Assembly (NCBI RefSeq): GCF_006345805.1
Contig: NW_021835642.1
Location: forward strand, 1-33,606
DNA: 33,606 nucleotides
Reading direction: 5' to 3'
From: Octopus sinensis
Taxonomy: Eukaryota
In this document: positions 12,259 to 24,545 of the stretch, piece by piece
Layout of the letters: every line of letters starts with the position of its first letter
How positions within the stretch are numbered: the stretch's first letter is position 1
Made by a program: the position numbers and the translations under genes
Notes under the pieces: model-generated
Seen by the model: only the letters and a program-made list of their open reading frames with translations
Told to the model about the DNA's origin: nothing
Database searches by the model: none

Positions 12259-12887
12259 GTGTGAGTGTGAGTGTGTTGGTGTGTTTGTTTCTGTGCAAAC
12301 GTGTATATGTGAACGTGTTTCGTGTTTGAAAACCTTACGTCTTGTCCAAAGAATTTTTATTTCTTCCATTTTGTGATTATGACGTCACAATGTCTGTAAA
12401 CTTTTTCTCCAGAATTTTTCTTTCGAAAAGTCTTCAGTCTCTTTCAACCTTTGGCGGTGATTAGAGGCTAGGGAATGTGTGCGCCAGGGGGCGTACCCAA
12501 ACATCTGAGGACTAGTGTGAAGTGACAGTCATCTTCACCTTGTTTTTGATGTTTGTGGGGGATATTTTATGCACCTTTGACTTCTTAAACACCCAATGTA
12601 ACATGCTGGTTGGTAGCATAACATAGTTACAAGGTGTCCGGTAGTGTTCCTCTACCCGGATGAATTCTTAACCAGGCCATTTCAGGACAGAAAACCTGGG
12701 GGTTCCAACCAGAAATATCTTCCCTTCTTCACTCTCCACAGATTCACACAGGATATTTTATTTCAATAAACAATTGTGTGAGTGTAAAGAGAATGGCGAC
12801 GTTAAACAAGAATAAAAATGATGAACACGAAATAAAGTTTGCTCAACAAATAGTCATAAGAATTTCGAGAGACTTTCGCTATAAACT

Positions 12888-13177
12888 TGGTAAGAATTTT
12901 TATAAAACATTAATCTTTTGTTATTAAAAGGCTTGATAATATTTTCTAGAGATTTATTATAATAAAATAAAACAGTTTCTTCGTTATTTTGTTTGATAAA
13001 CTTCAGAAGTGGCCATACGTCTTTTGGTTTACTTGTTTGCATGTAGCCGGGACTTTGGTGTATATGTGGTAAGAATTTTAATAAAAGATAAATCTTTTGT
13101 TATTAAAAGGCTTGTTAATATTTTCTAGAGATTTCTATAATGAAGTAAAATAGTTTCTACATTATTCGATAAACTTC
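12888..13177. repeat. AT-rich direct repeat, two copies, ~179 bp period
   Basis: tggtaagaatttt...aatcttttgttattaaaaggcttg.taatattttctagagattt...gataaacttca occurs at 12888-13005 and 13067-13177. Confidence 0.9.
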
Positions 13178-13298
13178 ATGTGTGTATAACCAGAGATGCA
13201 AATACGAATTCACAAAACGACTTTTGTTATAATTGTGTATATATACCTAGTCCTGTTCGTAAGAGTGTGTATTTGTGTCGGTTGCCTGCGCTCCCCAC

Positions 13299-13610
13299 CT
13301 CTCTCTCTTCTTTTCTCTCTCTCTCTTCCTTTCTCTTTCTCTCTTCCTTTCTCTCTCTCTCTCTTTCTTTCTCTCACTCTTCCTCCCTCTTTCCCTCTTT
13401 TTTTCTGTCTCTCTCTCTTTCTGACTGTCTGTCTCTTTCTCTCTTTCTGTATGTCTGTCTCTCTCTCTCGCTGTCGCACTCTCTCTCCCTCTTTCTCTCC
13501 CTCCTTCTTTCTGTCTCTCTCTCTCTCTCTTTATGTCAGTCTGTTCATTTCTCTGTTTCTTTCTTTCTGTCTATCTGTCTGTCATTCTGTCTATCTGCCT
13601 CTCTCTCTCA
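13299..13610. repeat. Degenerate (CT)n/(CTGT)n polypyrimidine microsatellite
   Basis: Directly visible. Confidence 0.95.
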
Positions 13611-13963
13611 CACACCCTCATGTACACACAAACATAGACACTGAATATACATACATATATATGAGCGTATGTGTGAGTGTGTGAGAATGTTCGTGACGTA
13701 TGTGTATATGCGTGTGCGTATGTGTACGTATGTGTATGTGTGAGAGTGTGCGTGTGTGCGAGGGATGTCTCGGAAGCAACGCAAATACAGAAAGCCATCT
13801 TGTAGTATTAACAGCCAATAAGCCATTCCTTGGCACGAGTTGCTAGAATCGTTCTTCCTCGACCAAATGCAAGACTCAAAGACCAGCAATACATTTGTTT
13901 CAGGTTGGAAAGAAAGTCCTGTCACATTTCCAAACGGGAAAGAAACAGATCTTTCTTTGGTCC

Positions 13964-14150
13964 ATCATTTCCCCTCATTATCGATAACAGTATCCTATCG
14001 GCAAATATCGATAACAGTATCCTGTCTACTCGGATACTGTTGATCCCTCGGATGTTAATTTTTTTCCATTTCAAAACGAAGAAACTCTGAATATCTTTAA
14101 TCTCTTCACAATTGATAAAATGTTTTCCCTCTAAAGACAGGAATTCTCAA
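13964..14150 (-). pseudogene. Decayed mariner transposase C-terminus
   Basis: Minus translation SLEGKHFINCEEIKDIQSFFVLKWKKINIRGINSI...DTVIDNEGK matches the mariner C-terminal pattern L.GK.F...E.....FF..K...Y..GI..L..RW..VID..G.Y. There is an internal 27-bp-period duplication (atcgataacagtatcct twice). Confidence 0.65.
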
Positions 14151-14644
14151 CCATTTTTTAAACCAATGGACTACTTTATTCTTTTGGACTCCCAGAGCCA
14201 TTTCATGTTAAAAATCTTTTTCTATAGACATTTCTTTCAAAATTCCTATTTTGTTTTCCACCCATTTACTTGTGTCCGTTGAACTGTATAAAATGTTAGA
14301 GAAAGAACATTTATATATATATATGAGATTAATTCCGAAATTGATTCCATATAGAAATAACGAACTTTTAAAAAAAATTCTATCGGCCGGCTTGCCCGAT
14401 TTCAGTTCTTCGTGTTTTTTCTGTAGCGAGTAAATAATATGTGGAAATTGACGATTTAATAGTCTGTTATCGCATATTGGCATTGAAATAATTTTCTTTT
14501 ATATATACATATATATGCGTATTTGAAGCGTTATGTTGAGGTAATATTTTTAACTTGGATTTCTTGTAACCTGAAGAACTAGCCTAATATCAACATTAAT
14601 TTTAAAATTATATATATATGTTAATGCAAACATGTAAGTAATAA

Positions 14645-14898
14645 AACCGCTAAGTTACAGGCACCTAAACACCCCAACATCGGTTTTCAAGCGATGGTGA
14701 GGTGGGGGGAAAATAGGCACAAAAATACATACATATATATACGACGGGCTTCTTTTTGTTTTCGTCTACCAAATCGACTCTCAAGGCATTGGTCAGCCCG
14801 AGGCTATTGTAAAAGATATATGTCCAACGTGCCGTGCAGTGGGACTGACTGAAACCGGAAACATGCGGTTCGGAAGTAAAATCTTACCACACAGCCAC
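14645..14898 (-). mobile_element. SINE family A, 3'-truncated diverged copy
   Basis: aaccgctaagttac...acgacgggcttctt...cttaccacacagccac is the reverse complement of family A. Confidence 0.85.
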
Positions 14899-14944
14899 AT
14901 AGAGAGAGAGGAGGAAATGAGAGAGAGAGAGAGAGAGTTTGAAT

Positions 14945-14972
14945 TAATATATATATATATATAATACATACC

Positions 14973-15007
<35 letters not shown>

Positions 15008-15046
15008 TATATACACACCACAAACACAACACATATATATATATAT

Positions 15047-15081
<35 letters not shown>

Positions 15082-15199
15082 ACATATATATATATATATT
15101 ATTACACCCTAATATATATATATTATATACATATATTATATATATATATATTACATATATATATATATATACATATATATACATATATATACATATATG

Positions 15200-15241
<42 letters not shown>

Positions 15242-15343
15242 ATATAATATATATACATATATATGTATATATATACATGCACACACACATATATATTACA
15301 TATATATATGTACATATACCTATATTATATAAACATAACACCA

Positions 15344-15377
<34 letters not shown>

Positions 15378-15564
15378 CTATATATATATATATATGTACA
15401 ACACAGATGGGGTATATTTCTATGTATGTCTTATTACATATATATACATATTATATATATATTTGTTTATATATGTCTATATTATATAGGTATATATATA
15501 TACCGTTTATAAAATACGCACTCACACACGCAAACACATATACATACATACATACATACATACA

Positions 15565-15595
<31 letters not shown>

Positions 15596-15600
15596 TCAAA
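14945..15600. repeat. Compound (TA)n/(CA)n/(TACA)n microsatellite
   Basis: Directly visible. Confidence 0.95.
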
Positions 15601-16254
15601 GTAACATATATACACACATACACATATGAACACACACCAGGCAAATACAAAATACACGTTGTTTAACATGGAAGTAAATAGAAGCATTACTCCTCTACTA
15701 CCACCACCACCACCACCACCACCACCACCACCACCACCACCACCAACACCACCACCATCACCCGTTTACCCCCCTCCTCACCCGGTAACCGAACCCAATC
15801 CGTTAGGGATCAGACAGCTTATCCAGTGTACGCAGCAAAGGGATACCGTTACTCACGCATGGTTGGCTGTTCCTTTGGGGTTGAGGGGACTCCTAGGAAC
15901 ATTTTTCACATGTGATTTGGGTTTCGCTTCGATGGAAATGTAAAAAACATACGTTTCGCTCTTGCTGTATTCGTTGTTGTTCTGTTTCTTGCTTTTATTT
16001 TTTTTTTTTTTTTGTTATTTTTTTGTAGATAGGAGATGAGAAGTGGTTGTCTGTGTGTGAATGTGTCTGAGCGTGTATGTATGTCTATATATGCGGTCTT
16101 TAAGAGTCTCTATTTTTTCCTACTTATCTTATACGAGTATGTATGAGGGGTGGAGCTTTCTCTTGAGTGCTTTCATAAATGTTGCTTCTTTTTTTTAAAG
16201 TGTTCATGTATGTACGTGAGAGTGGGTATAATCGTGTGTGTATGCATGTGAGTT

Positions 16255-16288
<34 letters not shown>

Positions 16289-16629
16289 GTTATGCGTATG
16301 TAGCTACTTTTCACGATTGTGCTCCAGCATGATCACAATAGCAAGGCTGAAACGTTTAAAAGATTAAAAGAATATATATATATACATATATATATATGTG
16401 TGTATATATATATATATATGTATATATATATACACACACACATTCATATATTCATATATGTAAAGACATGTATTTATATACACGTGTATATGTATGTGTA
16501 TGTATATATATATATATACATGTATATATATATATGTATGTGTATGTATGTTTATATATATATGTATGTGTTTGTATGTATATATATATGTATGTGTATG
16601 TATATATATATATATATATATACACACAC

Positions 16630-17150
16630 TTGTATGGTGATTGCTCCATCTCCACAGATGGTTTTCATATCCTTGTGTTACCTCGTTGTCAATGGCATTT
16701 CTGACTTTCCGTCCGTGACCTCTCAGGTTACTCTTCAAACCCGTTGCAGATCTGCATGGTTTGAAGCGAATAGGACAGACGAAAGCTGTAACTCACTCAA
16801 CGCCCCCTACCGGTTAGGTCTGCATACGTCGATGTTCTTTCATCACCATAGGCCCTTCAGCGGATGCAATGACAAATGAAGTCACCCCAAAGAGACATCT
16901 GTACGTCATTGGATTATAGCGATAAACGCCTATACAACATGGATGCCACTCTCTGATTGTCTGCGCATTGTACCTGGTGACAGATCGAAGCGAGGTTAAC
17001 AGAAACCACGTGAAGCCACAAATTTTGCCTCAGAATGTCTCACTCCTCGAAGGATGCTGTGATAAAAGCTAGCGGCCCCTCACACTCAGTAGTTTCATTG
17101 CTCACCCTGACACGATCCCAAAGTATTTCTGCATCCCCGTGCTCATATGG
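16630..17150 (-). pseudogene. Decayed non-LTR retrotransposon APE endonuclease fragment
   Basis: Motifs in the expected order across frameshifts: DR...EGPLAFI, EAKLWL, CIGVYRYNP, GDFICH, NAID, SNHH (compare DR..GGG, E.LW, VYRPP, GDFN.H, ID, SDH). Confidence 0.5.
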
Positions 17151-17199
17151 AATGCCATTACATACGTTTGATAGCATCGTAAAATGACTTTATATTACT

Positions 17200-17836
17200 G
17201 TGTATGTGTGTACGTTCGTACGTATGTACGTACGTAGTATGTATCTGTATGTATGTATGCATCAGTGCATGTATGTATATATGTGCGTGTATGTATGAAT
17301 GCATATATGTATGAATGTACGTATGTATGTATTTGTGTATGTGTGTGTGTTTATGTATGAGTGAATGCATGTTTGCATATATGTACGTATGTATGAATGC
17401 ATATATGTATGTATGTATGTATGTGTGTGTATGTGTGTATGTATGTATGTATGTATCTGTATGTATGTATGTATGTATGTATGTGTGTGTATGTATGTAT
17501 GTATGTATGTATGTATCTGTATGTATGTATCTGAATGTATGTATGTATGTTTGTATGTATGTATGTATGTATGTATGTATGTATGTATGTATCTGTATGT
17601 ATGTATGTATGTATGTATGTATGTATGTATGTATGTTTGTATGTATGTATGTATGTATGTATATACGTAGTATGTATGTATGTTTGTATGAATGTATGTA
17701 TGTATGTATGTATGTATGTATGAATGTATGTATGTATGTATGTATGTATGTATGTATGTATGTATCTGTATGTATGTATCTGAATGTATGTATGTATGTT
17801 TGTATGTATGTATGTATGTATGTATGTATGTATCTG

Positions 17837-17870
<34 letters not shown>

Positions 17871-18485
17871 TGTATGTTTGTATGTATGTATGTATGTATG
17901 TATATACGTAGTATGTATGTATGTTTGTATGAATGTATGTATGTATGTATGTATGAATGTATGTATGTATGTATGTATGTATGTATGTACGTACGTATGT
18001 ATGTATGTATATGTGTATGTATGTATGTATGTATGTATGTATGTACGTACGGACGGACGTATGTATGTATGTATGTATGTATCTGTATGTATGTATCTGT
18101 ATGTATGTATGTATGTGTGTATGTATGCATCAATGCATGTATGTATATATGTGTGTGTGTATGTATGAATGCATGTATACATATATGTACGTATTATGAA
18201 TGCATGTATGTATGTGTGTATGTATGCATAAATGCATGTATACATATATGTATGTATGTGTGTGTATGTATGTATGTATGTATGTATGTATGTATGTATG
18301 TATGCATGCATTATGTATGTATATATATATATGTGTATGTATGTTTGTATGTATGAATGCATGTATGTATGTATATATGTATGTATGCATGTATGCATGT
18401 CTGAACGTACATATGAGTGTATGTATGTATGCATTTATGCAGGAATGCATATATGTAGCACGTATGTATGCAAGTATGTATGTAT
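17200..18485. repeat. ~1.3 kb (TATG)n array with higher-order duplication
   Basis: Variant units recur: tatctgaatg at 17528 and 17777; atatacgtag at 17661 and 17902. Confidence 0.95.
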
Positions 18486-19489
18486 TTCGTTATTTAGTTT
18501 TATTTCAATATTTCATGCCTGTGTCATTTCTGACGCTCCATCCATGACCTCTCAGTCTTACTGCGTAACTGCATGATTTGAAGCACAGGTGACGGACGAA
18601 AGCTGTAACTTATTGTACACCCATAACTGGTTAGGGTGTATAGTAGCAGCGATGTGAAATGCGCGTGTGCAGGTGTATGTCTGTGATTAAATATGTGTAT
18701 GCGCTCTTTTAAGGGATTTTGTCTTCGGGGATTGTTGTCTGGTGGGGAGTCGGTGCTCCAGTCGCCTTGTTTTTATAGGGAATTCTGATGATTTTTTTTT
18801 ACAGGGACGTCTGTGTGTATGTGTGTGTGCGTGTGCGTATATGTGTGCAATGTGAGGAGGGTTACGCGTGTGTGTCTGTTTGTGTACTTTGTGTGTGTGT
18901 GTGTGTGGTGTGTGTGTGTGTGTGTGTATATAATTCTTTTAGGGGATTTTGGCTTGGGGTATTGGTGGTTCGGGGGAGTTTGCGGTTCAATCGCCTCTTT
19001 ATAGGAAATTCACAGGGATTTTAACAGGGAGATTTGTGTGTGCTTGTGTGTAAGTGGAAGCGATTTTCTTGTGTGTGTATATTGATGTGTGTATGTGTGT
19101 GTTTTGGGGGGATGTTTAGGGATTTGTTACACTGATAGACATTATATTCTAAGGGTAGTTTTGCAGGGGATTGCGGTGAATTCTATTGGGACTTTTAAGT
19201 ATGTATGACAGTGGGTTGCTGTGGTGTGTGTGTGTGTGTGTGTGTGTGCGTGTGCGTGCGTGTGTGTATGTGTGTGTGTGTGTGTGTGTGTGAGTGTGTA
19301 CATGCACCGAGCATGTGTGTGGGGCGAGCTTGATACGAATTTTAGAGGTCTGTAAGTTTGATATCCGTATTTTCCGAGAATATTTTCAAAAGGAATTTTT
19401 GAAAGGGACAAATATTCTTATGTGTACAGGATTGTGTGTGTGTGTGTGTGAATACAGGGAGTGTTTGAGAGTCTGACATTTGGTATATT

Positions 19490-19724
19490 TTATCTTCGCT
19501 TGTTTCTATCATTAAACCGCAGCCATGATACGGCAACAGCTTGAAGGGTTTTGGTCGAATGATTCGAACCCAGGTCTTTTTGTTCGTTTTTAAAGTGTAG
19601 AATTTATTCTATCGGTGTTTTTCCCGTACCGTAAACAAACCGACACCGGTTGTCAAAATGGTGATAAGGGACAAACAAGAACACAAACGAGGCACTCACA
19701 TATATCAACACAATCATACATGCA

Positions 19725-19769
<45 letters not shown>

Positions 19770-20230
19770 TCTTTTTTACTCTTTTACTCGTTTCAGTCAT
19801 TTGACTGCGGCCATGCTGGGGCACCGCCTTTAGTCGAGCAAATCGACCCCCAGGACTTATTCTTTGTAAGCCTAGTACTTATTCCATCGGTCTCTTTTGC
19901 CGAACCGCTAAGTTACGTGGACGTAAACAAACCAACATCGGTTGTCAAGTGATGCTGAGGGGACAAACACAAATACGCACATACACACACACATACCATC
20001 ACACATACACACACACGCACTTATACGCAACAGCAAAAATCGCGCGTGTATGTACGCACACAGACACACAGACACACAGACACGCACATGCACGCTAAAA
20101 CATGACAGGCTTCTTTCAGTTTCCGTCTACCAAATCCATTGACAAGGCTTTGGTCAGCCTGAGGCTATAATAGAAGACTGTTGCCCAAGGTGCCACGCAG
20201 TAGGACTGAACCTGGAACCGTGTGGCTGGT
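19490..20230 (-). mobile_element. Two tandem SINE family A copies (partial 19490-19690; near-full 19770-20230)
   Basis: cttttactcgtttcagtcatttgactgcggccatgctgggg...cccaaggtgccacgcagtaggactgaacc. Confidence 0.9.
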
Positions 20231-21143
20231 TGTTATGCTTTATTTAATGGTGTCTGTGATGTTTGAAGTCGTCATTTTGTAGTAATATTTTTGTCGGCAT
20301 TTAGAGGGGACGAAGGGAGTTTGGCACGAAGAAGGGTCTTTTTCTCTCTCCCTCCCTCTCTCTCCCTGTCTGCCTACGCGTTGATGTGTGTGCGACGGTC
20401 TTAACCGTCAATTTCTAAAGAATTTCACTCCAGTGGTTTCCGTCAATTTTAAGGGCAATTTTGCGCGCGTGTGTGTGTGTGTGTGTGGTGTGTGTGTGTT
20501 TCTCTATGAGTTTGTATTTGAGAGGAATGTTGTTGCATGTGTAGGGAGGGGTTGCATATGGTTGTGTGTATATGTGTGCATTTCTCTGTGTGTGTATGCG
20601 TATGTGTGTGTATGTGTGTGTGCGCGCGTGTGCACGCGGTTTAGTGTGAATTCGTGTTTCAGTATGTTTTTGCGTATTTGGGATGCACGTTGTTACCTAT
20701 ATGTGTCTGTGAGTGTGAGTGTGTGTGTGTGTATGCGTGTGTTTCTCTATGTGTGTGTATGTGTGTGTGCGTGTGTACTTGGAAGGCATGTTGTTGCATA
20801 TATGTGTGTATGCGTGTCTGAGTGTGTCTGTGAATGTTCGCGTACATATGTGTATGTGTGTGTGTGTGTGTTTCGATGGGTTCTGCCGGTGTGTTAATTT
20901 CTTATGAATATGTATTTTGGCTTTCATTAGTGTGTATTAATGTGTGTATGCGTGTGTGGTTTATGTGTGTGTATGCGTATGTGTTTTAGGTGTGTTTCGT
21001 GTGTGAATGTGTGTGGATGGGTGTTTATGAATATTAAATATCAAATTAATGATGTGGAATTTTTAGTGGATTAAAACTCATTTGCTCACGTTTGGTTCAA
21101 ATGCGCAAACAGGACGAATGTAACAAACGCAAGAACACGCAAT

Positions 21144-21174
<31 letters not shown>

Positions 21175-21204
21175 ATTATATATATAATATAATTAATAAT
21201 TTCA

Positions 21205-21590
21205 AAGGGTAATCAGAAATATTAGAAATTAGTCAATAGACTATATATTATTCATATAAATACAGTGTACATTTAAACACATAAGAGGACAGTTAAATTC
21301 CAAACCACTATTAGGGATAAAGTATCGAAGGGAATGAAAAATAAAAACATTTACCGTCTAACTCCTGGACCAATGGTTTCAGACTTCTTTTAGCAAATAA
21401 AATAATTTGCTAGGCGAAGACTTTTTCAGCAGGTACACCTTAGATTAAATATATTCCATTCGATATTTTATCCCTAATAGGGGTTTGGAATTTAACTGTG
21501 TTCGCGCGCAAACACATACACACACATTGGAGTCTTACCTCTTTTAATCGTATTTCTGGTGGTATATATACATTCTGACATTCTGATTAA
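21205..21590. mobile_element. Fold-back element with a hammerhead motif in its loop
   Basis: Arms 21289-21335 and 21453-21499 (acagttaaattccaaacc.ctattagggataaa). The minus strand of 21364-21433 reads cctg-CTGAAAA-agtcttc..tagcaaat..atttgcta..gaagtct-GAAAC-cattg-GTC-cagg, with core G8 changed to A. Confidence 0.7.
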
Positions 21591-21680
21591 ATATTTTGGT
21601 AATATTATACATTCAAACTCGAAAAAAGAAACTAAATATACACTCATCACACATCTACATATCCTACCTATATATATATA

Positions 21681-21755
<75 letters not shown>

Positions 21756-21770
21756 TATATATCATACATA

Positions 21771-22332
21771 TAGATTCAGATGAATATGGTACTTAAGCTG
21801 AGAGACAAGAATTTAGTACGTTGTTATCCATATAATTTCAAAATAAGGTGTTTAAAATCAAAATAAGCTACAAGGATATCCTTGTACGATTGTTTCATGC
21901 GATGCAGTACGATCGTTTCATGCGACTCCATTTAATTGAATAATGCAATCATTACATCAATTTAAAATGTAGAGCAATCTCAGCTGCACATAGATATAGA
22001 ATTTAATTAAAATTAGAAAGACACATTAGTATAATTTTACCCAAAATCCCCAAGAGGATAAGGAGATAGACAAAGAACATGTTTTACCGACAGCATCATA
22101 GTTGGAACTCTGTTGGTAAAACATGCTGTTAAAACATGTTCTTTGCGTATCTCTTGGAGATTTTAGGTAAAATTATACTAATGTGTCCTAATTTAATTAA
22201 ATTCTATGTCTTTGTGCAGCTGAAGATTGCTCTACCTTTTAAATTGATGTAATGTTTGCTTTGTTCAATTAAATGGAGTCGCATGAAACGATCGTACTGC
22301 ATTACCTCTGGACATCCTTGTTGCTTATTTTG

Positions 22333-22338
<6 letters not shown>
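21771..22338. mobile_element. Large fold-back PLE-like element, ~230 bp arms, hammerhead motif in each arm, flanked by (TA)n
   Basis: 21855-22092 is the reverse complement of 22109-22336. The tail at 21771-21875 is homologous to the reverse complement of 32380-32481. Confidence 0.85.
22215..22301 (+). ncRNA. Type I minimal hammerhead ribozyme motif
   Basis: tgcag-CTGAAGA-ttgc...gcat-GAAAC-gatc-GTA-ctgca. Stem I is 5 bp and stem III is the palindrome acgatcgt. The mirror copy at 21903-21987 has a one-base core deletion (CTGAGA). Confidence 0.75.
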
Positions 22339-22383
<45 letters not shown>

Positions 22384-22884
22384 CCATAAATTCTACATAC
22401 ACATTGCAAAACCAAAGACTTGTTTATTCACTGTTTTTATATACATCATGCGGGCCGGATCGATTTCGTGTCGGAATAACCCGTGAGTGTGACACTGACA
22501 GACCACAAAAACGGCGAAATGCCTAGTCGTTTCAGAAGCGATTTCTTTTCGTCTAGCTCTGAAGTATATTGTTTTAACATAACACGTCGATAAAGTGATC
22601 TTATGCCAAACGACCTCTGCTGCTGTTGAGCTTTCAACGATATACATATGATAAGAAAGTATTATACATAGAAAGTTTAATCTATCTGTCTATCTATCTA
22701 CACACACACAGACGTGCATGAGAGTGTGGACTTACATATGAGCGTTACACAAAATGGATTATAGAATTATTATTATGAGACTGAAAATTATTGTTTGTTA
22801 ATGAAATACCCGTCAGACGATGTAAGAAAGTATTTTTTAAGGAAACTTTTCGGTTTCGTTGTACATATATTGGATTGGATTGCC

Positions 22885-23012
22885 AATGTTGAGGTCCGCT
22901 GCAGAACGAAGGCCTCAGCAAATTCCTCCACCAGCCACGGTTCGATGTGGAGGCTGTGAATTTGAGCTTGAATGCAAAATGGTTTGATCAGATTACTCTG
23001 CCACGCTGGCTC
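22885..23012 (-). mobile_element. Possible degenerate SINE with RTE-like tail
   Basis: Minus strand tggcagagt...gctcaaattc is a weak A/B box pair. It is followed by gaggccttcgttctgcagcggac (EAFVLQRT), reminiscent of RTE-LINE C-termini. Confidence 0.3.
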
Positions 23013-23309
23013 AATATCGCTTGGCAGAGCGAGGCAGCTTATTTTTATGCTCATGCCCGAGTGTAGTCAAGTCGATTACCCCCACACAGGCGGTCGCGCG
23101 CACGCATACGTGCCTACATACATACACACATACATACGTACGTACGTACATACATACATTCATACATGCACACATACATACATACATACATATCAACTTC
23201 CTTCCGTCTTTCAGTCCACCCCTTCTCTCATATTTCCCAACACTACAGTCTTTTTTTCTTTCTTTCTTCTTTCTCCCTCCTTCTTTCTTCCTTTTTTTCT
23301 TTCTTTATT

Positions 23310-23351
<42 letters not shown>

Positions 23352-23663
23352 TTTCTTTCTTTCTCTGTTCTCCTATCCCTTTCTCGCACTCACACACATG
23401 CACGTATACGTACACACACACGTATACACTCACTGTTATGCACACACACGCACACACACACACTCACACAGTCATGCACACATACATACACACATAAACA
23501 GATATACATACATATATGTATATAACTATCGACTAGCCTTTCTCTTGATGTAATTTTCCGCATGGCGTCTGCCCAGATCGTGTGACGCGTCGTCTTAGCA
23601 TTGGTCGCTGGATACAGGATGAAAACGTAACAGACCAACAAAGGCTTGTAACACACACACACA

Positions 23664-23707
<44 letters not shown>

Positions 23708-23989
23708 ACACATACACACACACATCAGTGAGGGCGCACCCTTACCAACAAAGTTGCTGTTATGGCCATCTCATCATCATCATCATCATCATCTTCAGAG
23801 CCAGTTCCAAAGGAGACCTACAAGGGAGGTCTCCAAGGGTTGCTAGTCATGTAAGAAATAACAGCCAAATCTCGCTCAAGTTGCACCCTACTCTCTTGTA
23901 CGAGCCAGTGAGGGAAACCTCTACATGGTAGCTAGACCTGCTAGAAATAGCAACCAAATCTCCCTCACATCACACTCCACTGGCTTCTG

Positions 23990-24496
23990 ATTTTATCACC
24001 CCTAAAAGGATGAAAAGCAAAGTGGTGTTTGAAATTAGAACAGAAAGTGCTGGAATAAATATTTCTGATTATGATTATGCCTTTCTACAATAGGCACAAG
24101 GATTGAAATTTTGGTGGAAGGGGGCTAATCAATTAGATCAATCCCCATGTCCAACTGGTACTTATTTCATGGACCCCGAAAGAAAGAAGGACAAAGTCAA
24201 CTTCAGTGCAATTTGAACCCAGAATGTAGAGCCATTTTGTCCAGTGTGCTAACAATTCTGCCAGCTCGCCACAGTTACAGAAATAATGCTAACAATAATA
24301 ATAAGATTGGGGTGAGTCGATTATATTGATTCCAGTACGTAACTGGTACTTAATTTATCGACCCCGAAAGGATGAAATGCAAAGTCGACCTCGGCGGAAA
24401 TTGAACTTAGAACATAGTGATGGGTGAAGTCCTACTAAACTTTTTGTCCAGCGCACCAACGATTCTGCCAGCTCACCAACTAACAATAATAATAAC

Positions 24497-24545
<49 letters not shown>

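Noticed and set aside
12310-12430. Minus-strand CTGAAGA and CGAAAC as a hammerhead
   Set aside because: No stem II or stem I pairing adjacent to the core halves.
14570-14645. CTGAAGA...CAAAC...GTA hammerhead candidate
   Set aside because: GAAA is absent and the stems do not pair; possibly chance.
15848-15860. ATGCGTGAG (MRE), tubulin-like start on the minus strand
   Set aside because: Immediately followed by TAA, and no tubulin sequence is present in the window.
17262-18576. 390 aa HTYI-repeat ORF and overlapping MYVC ORFs
   Set aside because: (TATG)n lacks stop codons in several frames. The same artefact explains most ORFs in the track.
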